Shown here: positions 38,230 through 50,104 of the stretch, piece after piece
Layout: each line of letters begins with the position of its first letter
Numbering within the stretch: position 1 is the first letter of the stretch
Translations under genes and position numbers: made by a program
DNA from: Pristiophorus japonicus
Lineage: Eukaryota
Direction: 5' to 3'
Assembly: GCF_044704955.1 (NCBI RefSeq)
Contig: NC_091977.1
Span: 430,838,001 to 430,902,000, forward strand
Length of the DNA stretch: 64,000 nt
Notes under the pieces: generated by a model
Databases searched by the model: none
What the model was told of the DNA's origin: nothing
Seen by the model: the letters and a program-made list of their open reading frames with translations, nothing else

Positions 38230-39720
38230 CAGATAACTTGGAGCTGATGCAAAAGGGGCCAGGAATTGTCTTTGCGCAGTTTCATTTTCTTCAAGTATGA
38301 ACCTTATTCTCAAGACCTTCATTTCTTTAGAGGCATTTGTAAGCTGTTGATCAGAGACAACTGAAGAAGCTGTTGCAAAATCACAGATATCTTTAGAGAG
38401 AACTCTAAATGGGGTTCACTATAGTTTTCTAAAGATCTGTCTACATATGCGCCAATACTGTCTCCAGGTTGTGCAGCTGGATTCATAAAGAGAGGAATTC
38501 CTCTGTTTATAGTCTCAGTTAAGGTAGCTCTAATGAAAAGTTGTAGTTTGTACATACCTGGCAATTAGATGACATCAGAAGCCTCAGGTGCCATTTCATT
38601 ACTCTTAGTATTTGGAGGCAACTGCATGGGCGGTGTCTCAGTACTATCAGGCAGCAAATTATACTATCCTGACTAATAAAATTCATCCCACTTTGATTAA
38701 AACACTAAGTAAGACTGTTAGGATGTACTGCTTCCGAAGATGAGTTGGAAAAAAAACTCTTGCCAATACACAGCAAATCCATTGAATCTCTGTCCCTAAT
38801 TGCAACAACCACAACAGTTGTCATCAAAGTGATGATGCAAACAATTTTAATACCATTGGCTTCTTGCAGTCATGAGGAAGAGATTATTGTAGCATTGGGC
38901 ACACTTCATATTGATGAGATGACTCATGTCAGCAAAACCCAGATGTATCCCCTGAGCCACTAAAAGCAGCTATGAAAGCAGATGGTAAGACAATCTCCTC
39001 ATTAACCTGTATAGTTGACTGCACTGCTCCACCATGTTGCTAATAGGCATAGTGGACTGAATTCCAGCTATACGAGAATCTAATACACCATGGAAGTCAT
39101 TTAAGGAACATTGTAATTCTGTCTGCACCATTTCTTGGGCATTGACAAAATTGTATAACCTAGAGTACAGTTCTGCTATGCTTTGCACCACTGAAGCATC
39201 CAATTGATCTAGAAGAATGTTTTCCGGGAAGATAGGTGTAAGGAGCTATGCAAACCCTTCTTCTTGATCCTATATATGTGGCTTCCATTGCTTTGCCTCT
39301 TCAGAATTTTAATCAGCTGATGCTTCCTCCTCTAGTACTGCTAATTCCTTCAGCACTAGTGCTCACTCATATTGTGGCAATGATGAAGTAGATTATACTT
39401 CTGCTGGATCAGCTTCCTCTGTTCTGGTATTAGTAGTGGATTCCAGTGCTGGATATTCTGTAGGATTTATACAGTACCCTTTTTGAGAGTAATCCAAACA
39501 GACAGCATCAACATGCTCACTGCTCAGGCAAAACACGAATCCATGCATGCTTACTTAAATGTACGTTCAGAGCTCCACTTACTGGCATAACAATGCTAAT
39601 GATATTTTTAATGTTAGAAAAGATTTGACTATACTTCCAGCTCTTTGCTATCATTAAAAATTCAAAATGTGGTCCAACAGATTACCTGAGCTTTTCAGTG
39701 GTTGTAGCAACTGGTGTGAA
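38230..39720 (-). pseudogene. Possible ancient Myb/SANT-acidic-coiled-coil gene relic
   Basis: Minus strand has cctacag|EYPALESTTNTRTEEADPAEV (acidic exon start) and a coiled-coil-like ORF at 38970-39203. Architecture resembles the H1-H3 partner genes; similarity is weak. Confidence 0.3.
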
Positions 39721-40399
39721 GCCAAAAATGGTGGGAGACGGCCCTCTCAGGTATTCTAATACTGCTTCAAATAAATTAATTTGAACAATTGTTTTAAACT
39801 GTTATGCTACTGATTCTACATCGGTGCAATGCATAACTAATATTGAATCGATACAAAATGTCTGCAGCACTACTGTCCCTTAACGTGTGACACACAAGTA
39901 CAGTGTTCAGAATTTATGTGTGTTCATATATGTTTGACAACGTAATTTCATTTTGAATATTGCAATATAAATGTTTTTAGAAAAATTCTAATTCAGTCGT
40001 ACTTGAAGACATTTATCTTATTCAGTAGTAGTCCCTCTCACATCATAGGCTCAAAGCCCCCTTCTGTACAGATATTATTAACTTCCGTTTCAGCTAATTT
40101 TACCCCTGTGCCAATGCATTTGTGTTAATTAAACTTTTGCATTTTGTTTCATGTAATTGAAATATTCCTGACTTCTATCCAGATCTGTGTTATGGGAGTT
40201 TGTATGCAGCTACTCAGTAACCTTTGGAATATCTCCAGGAGTTTGGAGATTTACTCGGGTTCTCTGCTCAGCATCGCCTCCACAATTAGACACAACTCCT
40301 GTTCTATGAATCTAAGCTTTGTTGTTCTTTTCAAGTCAGTCATATTCTGCATTTTGGGCTTTTGGTATTATATGATATTTATTATTGTATCATGCCTTA

Positions 40400-41012
40400 G
40401 GGCTAGAATTTCCAGTGCTTCACCGCCCAGTTTCTTGGCGGTATTGGCTGTTTTGGGCGAGAACCGGGTCAGCGAAAAATTCCCCAGCTGAGTTCCGCCG
40501 CTGGTTTTGAAGTACCGCTGGGGAGTGGACCGACGGTGTGCACTGTCCATAGATCGCCATGGTGTGATTTTTGACTCAACGGTGACCCATAGGTAAGTTG
40601 GAAAAAAAACACCCACAAGAATCAGCGGAGCTGTACGGTAGGTAAGTAGCCCTGCAAGAAAAAGGTAAGTAATTGGTTTTTTACTAATTATTTTAAAATT
40701 CTCTTGTAGTGATTAAGTGAAAAGGGCCCTGAGAATGTTTTTATTACTTTTTATTTTATGTTTTTAAAAAATATATTTTTTGTGTTTTTCTCCTCCTAGG
40801 CCCAACCCGCAGCCTCAGTATAAATTTTTAGTAATTATCGCCCACTTTTTTTTCAGAACCGCCCAATCGGCCCAAGATTCCATTTTTTCGCCGAGAATCG
40901 GGTGCAGCGCCCATTTTTTTCACTGGGCGGATTTTTTTCTTGGGGGAATTTTTCGCCGGTGATAATTTTGGGCAGCAATCGGGCGCTGGCGGATTGTTTG
41001 GAAATTCTAGCC
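40400..41012. mobile_element. Harbinger-type MITE, ~613 bp
   Basis: TIRs GGGCTAGAATTTCCA / TGGAAATTCTAGCC, flanked by TTA on both sides. Confidence 0.85.
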
Positions 41013-42193
41013 TTAGTCTTTTTTCATCTAGCAATTCTTATGTTCCTATATAGGATTTTTAGGAATCAAGGGCATTGGTTCAAGATTAAGTAATTAAGAA
41101 AATTGTTGAAAGTATTTTCTCATTTGCCATCTTAATTTACCATTGGCAGTAACTTACCATGCACTAATGGACAATGTCACATCGATGGTGCAATGACAAC
41201 TATCAATTATTTGTAAACTATTTACTACCAAGAATGCCTTGTGAAATCCACGCAGAATGATTTAGCCATTAATTGTTAAAATATTGTCATCTGTGTTTTA
41301 AAGTATTTTGAAAGTAAAAATGAATGATGTCTCATTATAAAAGGGTTACAATTGTTTCCAGTTTCAGTATGATAATGTATCTTTAACACTGTCAATCTTC
41401 AGATAAAACAAATACTGGAAACTCAATGAAAATAGTGAAGACCTGATGGAGAATGGTTGTTAATGAGAAATAATTCACCAAGTAACCTCAGACCCAATCC
41501 TATTAATATTAATTGTAATTTCATCTTGAAAATGTTTTAATCCTCATGCTTTTCTTCAAATAAATCCAATCACATTTCCTCTGAACTTTCATTTCCTTGC
41601 AATTTTATTTGGCTGTAAAGATAATTGCAATGCTTGTAGTAGATTCTTTGCCATTTTTGCCAGTAATACAGAATTACTGTTTTCTTTTCTTCCTCCAATA
41701 TGTCTGAAACATTTGTTTGCAAAATGATAAAGTTCAACACAGCATTATTTACCATGATAAATTGCAGAATGCCTAAAATATTTTATTATCATGCAGGATG
41801 CTTCCATGCATTTTAGAGGGTACAAGACATTTGAGTTTAATAGACAAGGTAGTAACATAGCACTTGATTTGCAGCACCAGTACCCAGAAGATGCCACTGG
41901 CTGTTGAAATGAACCGGACTGAATTCAGTCTACAGAAAAGCAACAAAATTGAGCTTTTGATGGATTTCTGTGGCATTGCCAGATTTTGCCTCTTGAGTGC
42001 TCATCATATTTTTATTATTAGGACTTGTAATTTTCTTTCTTTGGCTTGCAGTATATCGGAGCAGACAGGTATGCTATGGATTTGTGATAGTGTTGCTATT
42101 TTAGAAACACCATCATTAAATATTTTGTGTTAGTTTTTAACTATCTCTCTTTTTAAACCTGGTGTAATATTTATTTTGTATTTCTTTCTTCAG

Positions 42194-42316
42194 TCTCGTC
42201 CCATCCCTTCACACCTCACATCTGCAGTAGCAGAGAATATCTTGGCCACAGCTTGTGAGAGCGAGAGCCGGAATGCAGCGAAGAGAATGCGTCTGGATGT
42301 GCGTCAACAGCAACAG
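42194..42316 (+). CDS. NOL4: NOL4-family coding exon ([41 protein letters not shown]), 123 bp, phase 0-0
   Basis: tttctttcttcag acceptor and cag|gtat donor. In frame with the previous exon. Too short for the ORF track. Confidence 0.93.
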
Positions 42317-42409
42317 GTATTAGGATCATAATTAAATGAGTGCCCCATGTAACAGTTTTACAAGCACAAAGAATACATTATGACACTTTCCTTCAATGGG
42401 TAATATGCT

Positions 42410-42680
42410 CATTGTGATTTGAGCACATAATCTAGATTGACATTCCACTGCAGTACTGAGGGAATGCTGGGAATGCTGCATTGTGGAGCTGCCGTCCTTT
42501 GAATGAGAGATGTTAAACTGAGACCCCATATGCCTATCTATGCTAAAGATTCTATGACACTATTTGAAGAACAACAGGGAGTTCTTCTGGTGCTCTGACT
42601 AATATTCTTACCTCACCCAACACCACCAAAAAAATTAAGAACATTCATCTGACTGCTGATTGTGGGATATTGCTGTGTGT
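42410..42680 (+). mobile_element. DeuSINE (SacSINE1/AmnSINE1-like) remnant
   Basis: tgcagtactgagggaatgctg..gccgtcctttgaatgagagatgttaaactgag..gacactatttgaagaa..cagggagttc matches the recalled Deu-domain consensus. Confidence 0.7.
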
Positions 42681-42707
42681 TAATGTGGTACCTGTGGTGT
42701 CTCCTCT

Positions 42708-44752
42708 GTGCTAATGTGGTACCTTTGTTTAAGAAGGTAGAAAGGGATAGACTGAGTAATTACAGGCCAGTCAGCCTAACCTCAGTGGTGGGAAAATTAT
42801 TGGAAAAAATCCTGAAGGACAGGATAAATCTTCATTTAGAAAGACACGGATTAATCAAGGACAGTCAGCATGGATTTGTTAAGGGAAGGTCGTGTCTGAC
42901 TAACTTGATTTAATTTTTTGAGGAGGTAACCAGGAGGGTCGATGAGGGTAGTGCGTATGATGTAATGTATATGGATTTTAGCAAAGCTTTTGATAAGGTC
43001 CCACATGCAGACTGGTCATGAAAGTAAAAGCCCATGGGATCCAGGGCAAATTGGCAAGTTGGATCCAAAATTGGCTCAGAGGCAGGAAGCAAAGGGTAAT
43101 GGTTGATGGGTGTAATTGTGACTGGAAGGATGTTTTCAGTGGTGTTCCGCAGGGCTCAGTAGTAGGTTCCTTGCTTTTTGTGGTATATAGCAATGACTTG
43201 GACTTGAATATAGGGGGTATGATTAAAAAGTTTGTAGCTGATACTAAAATCAGCTGTGTGGTTGAAAATGAAGAAGAAAGCTGCAGACTGCAGGAAGATA
43301 TCAATCAACTTGTCAGGTAGGCGGAACATTGGCAAATGGAATTTAGTCCGGAGAAGTGTGAGGTACATGTTCAGTGTCCGAAATCCGGAGTTCTGAAATT
43401 CGGAATGTGCCGGAATCCGGACACCGGGATGATCCGTGGCAGGGACATTTTTTTAAAACAGTTACCAAGTTGGGAGGGGGAAAACACCAAAAGAAATTCC
43501 AAAAAATAAAAAATAAAAATTCAGGAAACATTCTCAAAACCCTAATAATTAAAAAAATAAAAACTTTATCTTTTTTGCAGGTCTTCAACGCTGGTTTTTC
43601 CTGGCCGCCAACCCCTGACCCGCAGCCGACATTGTCGAACCCGGAACCATTGACATCCCCGCTCCACCACCGGACTCCCCGCCAGACTCCCCAGGCCCCC
43701 TCCTCCCATGGACCTGCCGCCAGGCTCCCTCCCCCGGACTCCCCAAGCCCCACCACCAGGACCCCTCCCCCGGACCCGCCACCAGACTCCCCAAATACCC
43801 TCCCAACCCCCCTCTCCTCCTGCCCTTACTTTGGCCCAGGCATTTCCAGATTCCGCACATCGGAAGGACATTCCGAAATACCCGAACCACGGCACGGGCA
43901 TTTCTAGATTTGGGATGTCAGAAACGGCCTCGGTCCCGAGGTTTTCAGATTTCGGCGCTCCACCTGTAATGCATTTGAGGAGGGCTAACAAGGAAAGGGA
44001 ATGCACATTAAATGTTAGGACACTAAGAAGTGTCGAGAACAAAGGGACCTTGGAGTGCTTGCCCACAGATCCTGAAGATAGTAAGCCAGGTAGATAAGGT
44101 GGTTAAGAAGACATATGGAATGCTTGCCTTTATTAGCCAAGACATAGAATACAAGAGCATGGGGTTATGCTTGAACTGTATAAAACACTGGCTAGACCAC
44201 AGCTGGAGTACTGTGAGCAGTTCTGGTCATCGCATTACAGGAATGACATGATTGTACTGGAGAGGGTACAGAGGAGATTTACGAAGATGTTGCCGGGAGT
44301 GGAGAATCTTAGCTATGAGGACAGATTGGATAGGCTGGGTTTGTTTTCTTTGGAACAGAGTAGGCTGAGAGGAGACCTCATTGAGGTGTATAAAATTATA
44401 AGGGGCCTAGATATAGTGGATAGAAAGGGCCTATTTCCCTCAGCAGAGGGGTCAACAACCAGGGAGCATAAATTTAAAGCAATTGGTAGAAGGTTTAGAG
44501 GGGATTTGAGGGGAAATTTCTTCATGCAGATGGTTGTGGGAGTCTGAAACTCACTGCCTGAAAGGGTGGTAGAGGCAGAAACCCTCACCACATTTAAAAA
44601 GTACTTGGATGTGCACTTGAAGTGCCGAAAGCTGCAGGTTTAGGGACCTAGAGCTGGAAAGTGGGATTAGGCTGGATAGCCTCTTGTTGGCCAGCATGGA
44701 CACGATGGACTGAAATGGCCTCCTTCCGTGCTGTAAACTGCTATGATTCTAA
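42708..44752 (+). mobile_element. CR1 LINE, 5'-truncated at ANVVPLFKK
   Basis: ORFs 42662-42913, 43018-43320 and 44167-44547; tail ctatgattct. Confidence 0.93.
43366..43966. mobile_element. Tc1/mariner (Tigger/pogo-like) MITE, 601 bp
   Basis: TA TSD inside CR1 gaggTA|atgcattt. Imperfect TIRs CATGTTCAGTGTCCGAAATCCGGA / TTCAGATTTCGGCGCTCCACCTG with repeated tccg(g/a)a motifs. Confidence 0.85.
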
Positions 44753-45104
44753 TATAGCTATTGCATTGTGAGCAAAATATATTAGATTTGGCCTGTAATA
44801 CCAAGAGACTAGAGGGAGTTTTGTTCCAAAGTATAAAGGTTTTTTTAAGAAGTTACAATATAAGTAGTAAAGATGTTAAAATACAAGCGTACAATTATTA
44901 CATACAAAATAAGACGTTGAGATTCAAATAGCTTAATACGGACAAGGTTCCAAGGTGATTAAACTCGCATGGCTTTGCTACCACATGAGCGTGCCTGGAA
45001 TATTCTAACATCTATGCTTTAAGTCCAGCCTTATATATGTCAAGCAGCCATTAGTTTACACAATTTTGAGACTGCTTTGTGCCCACATGTCAATCAATTT
45101 CTAT

Positions 45105-45868
45105 GGTCCTGAAATTCCGATGGCTCGGGTCCGTACGAAGTTCCTACGGACCCTGGAAGGCATCGAAAAAGCCGGGTTTCAGCACGCAATGCACATGCGC
45201 TAAAAACCGGCTTTTCCGATCTGTCAAGTTTCTGGCCTGACAGATCTCGTGCATATCGGGAGCGAGGACACTTGCAGGGCAAGATTTCCGATATTTACGA
45301 ATATCTTGCCCCGCAAATGTCCTTTAAAATCTTGCACCTGAAAAAGCAGGTGTATAGCCTACTTTACAGGCGCAAGTGTTTAAAAATACATAAAAACATT
45401 AAAAGTAAATTAAATAAACACATATGAAAACATATTTTATTGTTTAAAAACCCTCTCCACTATGGTAAGTTTATTTTAAGGCATCTTTAAAAAAAAGTCA
45501 GGAAAATATTATTTTTTATAAGAACTTTTAAGTTAAATGATTCTTAAATATGCCGTGTATTTTTCTATTTTTTTAGTGATTTTTTTTGGTGTGTTGGGGG
45601 GGTTTCGCATTCATAATAATGGAAACTCCAACACAGAGTTCCCATTATTATGAATGAGAAAATTCTCACTCTTGATTAGCTGCCCAGAGCCATGTGACTA
45701 CAGCTCCAAACCTGCGCACGTCCTGATGTGCACACGCTCCGATGCATAGGAGTGAAGGCCTCAGGCTCGGAAGTTCGAGCGGGCGCAGCAGCAACAAGTA
45801 AGTGCGCAGTTTTTTACCTTTTTTCTTTAGTTTGCCCACGTGAAGACCTCTTGCGGAATTTCAGGCCC
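45105..45868. mobile_element. Harbinger-type MITE, 764 bp
   Basis: TIRs GGTCCTGAAATTCCG / CGGAATTTCAGGCCC (14/15); TSD TAT/AAT. Same family as 5153-7458. Confidence 0.85.
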
Positions 45869-46351
45869 AATAATGTCTCCCAAGCCAAGCAGCCACCTGC
45901 TGACTTCCGCACTTTCCCTAATAAGGCAGAAACAGACAACTAATGGTTTTCCATGCCTTGATCCCATAAACATGAGATAACTAATGCTGACAAGGTGTCT
46001 CATTACGTGCGTTCATGAAGGAAATACTAGGCCCCTATTTTCCACTTGCTGCATTTTTGGCGCCCGCGCATGTTAATGTACGACTTTTTTTTGTACATTC
46101 GCGCCAGAAAAAAAAATCAGGGCTTTCGCCAAACAAATATTTGAATTTGGCGCAGTGCTCTTCGAAGTTGTCTTGAGCGGGGTGGAGCTTCAAGTCTGCG
46201 CTAAACTGTCTGGGCATGCGCAAAAAAAGAAACTTCCTGGTCTGGATCAGATATATTTAAAGAGCCCTTTGTGATCGGATAGTTTTTCATTTTGTATTCG
46301 GATCGAGCTACCTGGATCTTTCTGCAATTTTGAACATTAAAACCTGCAAAC

Positions 46352-46642
46352 ATGGCTGAGAGAGACGTGGAAGAGGAATTCGAAGGAGAAGGAAGGGCCA
46401 TTTGATTTCTCCCACACAGTGATATTCCTGGTAGGTATCATTGAGAGGAAATGGAATCTGCTGGCAACTCAGGGGAAAAGCAGAAAAAAGTAAAACCACC
46501 TGTAATGGCTCAACTTTGGGATGATGTTGCTGTAGAGTACAATGCAGTAGCCATCACCCGGAGAATCGGCAGACAGCTGAAAAAGAAGTGGCAGGACCTA
46601 GGACAATTAGTTAAAGTAAGTATGCACTGTAATTACATTTGT

Positions 46643-46673
<31 letters not shown>

Positions 46674-47858
46674 GCCACCACACAAAAGGATCCTCTCTTT
46701 AAAAAGTTCTATTTTCATCTTTGAAGTTGAAGAATGCAAAGATCAGGAACCACAGGAATCGTACTGGTGGAGGTCCACCAAGTAAGCTGCAATTGAGCCA
46801 ACTGGAACAGACGATCTCTGATCTGATTAAAGCTTACCGGAGAAGATCCACCACCAATGTGGACGCTGGGCCCAAGTCAAAGAGATGGGGTAAGCCCTGC
46901 AATTTGCACTGTGGGTTGGCTAAATACTGCATGAGCTAGCTAGGCTTTAATGGATGTTTTGATATGTTTTACAGCAGCTGCGCGTGAGGAAGACGCAGAA
47001 GGTGATCCAGAAGGACCAGCAGACGTACCAGCAGAAGTAGCATCCGAAGGACATCCAGAAGAGAGTCCAGAATTGTTTCCTGATTTTGAGCAGGACAATC
47101 AGGATGAAGGCCAGCATGAAGATCCCCCCCACTGATAAAATGGTCATATTGGACCTCCAGCCAGTGGAGCCCATGGATCAGGATGTGTGTCCCAGTGTGG
47201 TCCAGCAATGCACACCTGTGAGAGGGATGCCCAATAGGGTCGAGGAGCAAGGTACAGGTGGAAGATAGTAAAGGAGGGTGGAAAGGATAGCTGAACCACA
47301 AGCGCAGGTAGACATGGTACAGCTCATCGGGAAGAGTGGGGAGAGTATGCAGCAAACCACGTCACTCCTGGATACCATGCGGAACTGTCAGGAGAAGTAG
47401 CAACACTGTCTGGAGAAATAAGACCACCACTGGCGGGGCAGATTAGGGAGGGAATAGTGGATGCATTTGATACAATGTCGGGACAGCTGATGGGGAAATT
47501 GTCTGACATACATGACAGAAATTTGCAGGTAGCTGCTGCAATAAGGATCACACCCAGGTTGTCATTCAACAGCACCAATTGGTGGCATCAACTGCTGCCA
47601 TTCAAACCATCCCCAGACCAACATCAGGGATTGTGCCACTGCGTGATCCATAGCTTGAAAAAGAAGACAAAGACGAACCTGGGCCTTCCAGAAAGGTGTC
47701 TACTAGGTCTGCCCCTGTCCAACCCCACAAATAAAAAACAAACAAATATAACCTTGTGCTCACCAGGGGGCCGAGGAAGTCTGCTGCATCAACAGAAAGG
47801 GCTAAGAGTAGAAACACCAGGGCAGGCAAGAGGGGCACTACGCGCTCATGGTCATTGA
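46352..47858 (+). pseudogene. Myb/SANT-like partner gene of H3 (exons ~46352-46615, 46727-46889, 46975-~47858)
   Basis: LWDDVAVEYNAVAITRRIGRQLKKKWQDLGQLVK|gtaagt; RNRTGGGPP..LSQLEQ; ttttacag then an acidic exon. Frameshifts present. Confidence 0.82.
46646..46672. repeat. (TG)n microsatellite in H3 Myb intron 1
   Basis: Direct reading. Confidence 0.95.
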
Positions 47859-48206
47859 ATAAGGGGGAGGAGAGATATTTGTATCTTGATGTTACTTGTT
47901 TTGTTAATAGAAAAGTTTGATACAATAAAGTTTTATTAATTGAAAATGTTAACGTTTGCGAGAAGTTTAAAGTGTGATGTATGTTCACTGAAAATTTGAA
48001 AGTTTGATATTTCTTCATTGAAAAGTAAAATATTTTATTAAAGTTAAGTACAAATGTCTAATAAACCTATTGTTTTAATTTAACCAGAATCAGTGCATTA
48101 TTTTGTGAATTTAATCAACATAAAACAACACATTATTAAAAGTGCAAACAGGTGTAAACAGTCAAAATGGTGTGACACTATAATCAACCGTGCCTCTGTT
48201 TAGCCT

Positions 48207-49377
48207 TCAGGCAGAGAAACGTTCACGGATTAGCCACTGATGCAAGTCTCTAGCAATGGCTAGAGGTCCCCTTGGTCGCCCCACCCTCCTCTGCCGTTGT
48301 CCTGTGGCTTGAGGTGGTTCCTTCTCCTCCTCCTCGTCAGCCTCCTCCAAATCCTCATCCCTCCTCCCCTCAGCAGGATCTTCACTGTCCAGTGCCTATC
48401 CCCTCATGATGGTTAAGTTGTGCAGCATGTAGCACACGACAGTGAACTGAGCGACATGGTGAGGGGAGTATCGCAAGTAGCCTCCAGAGTGGTCCAGGCA
48501 TCGGAAACGCTGCTTTAAACTGCCAATTGTCCTCTATATGATGCTCTGTGTCGTTATGTAGGACATATTGTACTGACACTCTGGCTCAGTGCGGGGAATG
48601 TGTAGGTGGGTCATAAGCCAGGTGCGAGCCCGTACCCTTTGTCCCCGACCAACCAGCTCTGCCCTTCTGGCAATTCTTGAAACATCGCAGATATAATGCT
48701 CTCACGTAGGATGAAAGCATCATGGATGCTACCGGGATATTTGGCATACACTGCCATGATCTGCTGCAGATCGTCACACACCAGCTGCACTTTTAGGGAG
48801 TGGAACCCTTTCCTGTTGCAGTAAACTTTGGAAACTTGCAAGGCTGCTCTCAAGGCGTTGTGGATACAGTCAATGGCACCCTGTACCCTGGGGAAGCCAG
48901 CAATTCTGGAGAACCCCACAATCCTGTCTCTCATTGCCTGCGTGGTCAGGGAAAGTGATGAACTGGTCCCTTTTGATATACAATGCAGCAGTCACCTGGC
49001 GAATGCAGCAATGGGTGGCGTGCTGCAAGATCGCGCATATGTCCTCAGTTGAAGCTCGAAATGATCCCGTAGCATAGTACGCAAGTGTCACTGTTACCTT
49101 TACTTCTGCAGGTAGGGCAGTCCTCCTTCCACTTCTTGGCCGTATGTCTGCCCTGATTAGTTGTCAGATCTCAGTGATGACCTCCTGCCTGCAAACGCAG
49201 TCTGCCTCACTCAGTTGCAGGTATGAGCGCCTCTCCCAATAGACTCGGAGGGTAAGGCCTCCTCCCCACCAATCTGTCCCCCCGATATCGGTGTCGAATT
49301 ATTCACCGCCTCTGCATATGCATGCCATGTATAGCCAATGCCGTTATCACATCAGGCATGCTAAAAATTGCACCCAT
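48207..49377 (-). pseudogene. Harbinger DDE transposase, disrupted
   Basis: YYATGSF, GFPRVQGAIDCIH, NRKGFHSLKVQLVCD, YPGSIHDAFIL, LVGDKGY. Ends LIRERFSA*, like H1 LIRECFAA*. Confidence 0.92.
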
Positions 49378-50104
49378 TATTATTGATATTATGCAGATAA
49401 ATACTTAAATCACTGACACCTTCCCTTGATCGAACCACACCCTGATCTGCGCATGCGTTTGTTTGTTTGTACAGTGATTCTCTTGGGTCACCTGTGACAA
49501 ATGGTGATTTCTAGCTTGCTGCTGTGCCTGTGCACAAAATGTCCCATTTCGGATACTGACCGAGCTCGAGCACGGGTCGAGGGAGTGCCGGCCGGGCAGG
49601 ATCGCAAGCTCGACCGGACACAAACACACCAACTCGATGCTCGGCTTCAAAAGCAACCCGGGCCCTGGTGCTTGTGCCCGTGACCCTGCCCAGCCGGCAC
49701 TCCCCCGACCCGTGCCTGGAGCCCGGCCAACAACGATTGTGTTGGGGTGAACAGTTGCGATTTGAGTGAAAAAAAATCCAGCAAAGTTATTTCATTTCCG
49801 TCTGAAAAACGTATATATTTTTTAATTAAATTGTCTCGCTCCAAAACCTCAGAAATTACTTTGAGTTATTCTCACAGTACCCTGTCAAAAAAAAAAACTC
49901 CATGCATCTGTACTTTATTTTGTCTTCTTTTGCCTGGCCCCAATGTCCTTTTGTGCGCCGCACCAATTTCCTTAAGTTCACAGAGTTTTTATTTTTCGGG
50001 ACATTTTGGCAGTGAGCGCCGCGCTGAAAAAAATCGTGGACGGCCAAAATCGCCTAACTACATGAAAAACATTTGGACACCAAAAAACGGTGCACAATCA
50101 TGGC

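Larger units (their letters stand above)
46030..50104. mobile_element. PIF/Harbinger transposon H3, decayed; right TIR lost at a CR1 junction
   Basis: Left TIR GGCCCCTATTTTCCAC. + strand Myb/SANT gene convergent with a - strand transposase. Confidence 0.88.

Noticed and set aside
40397-41016. 4-bp TSDs (TTAG here, AATA at 5150/7459) suggesting a different superfamily
   Set aside because: Equally explained by a 3-bp TSD plus a one-base-shorter TIR. Sister elements (36181, 45105, H1) show 3-bp flanks.
43343-44097. Overlapping Gly/Pro-rich ORFs on both strands
   Set aside because: C-rich interior of a non-autonomous MITE.
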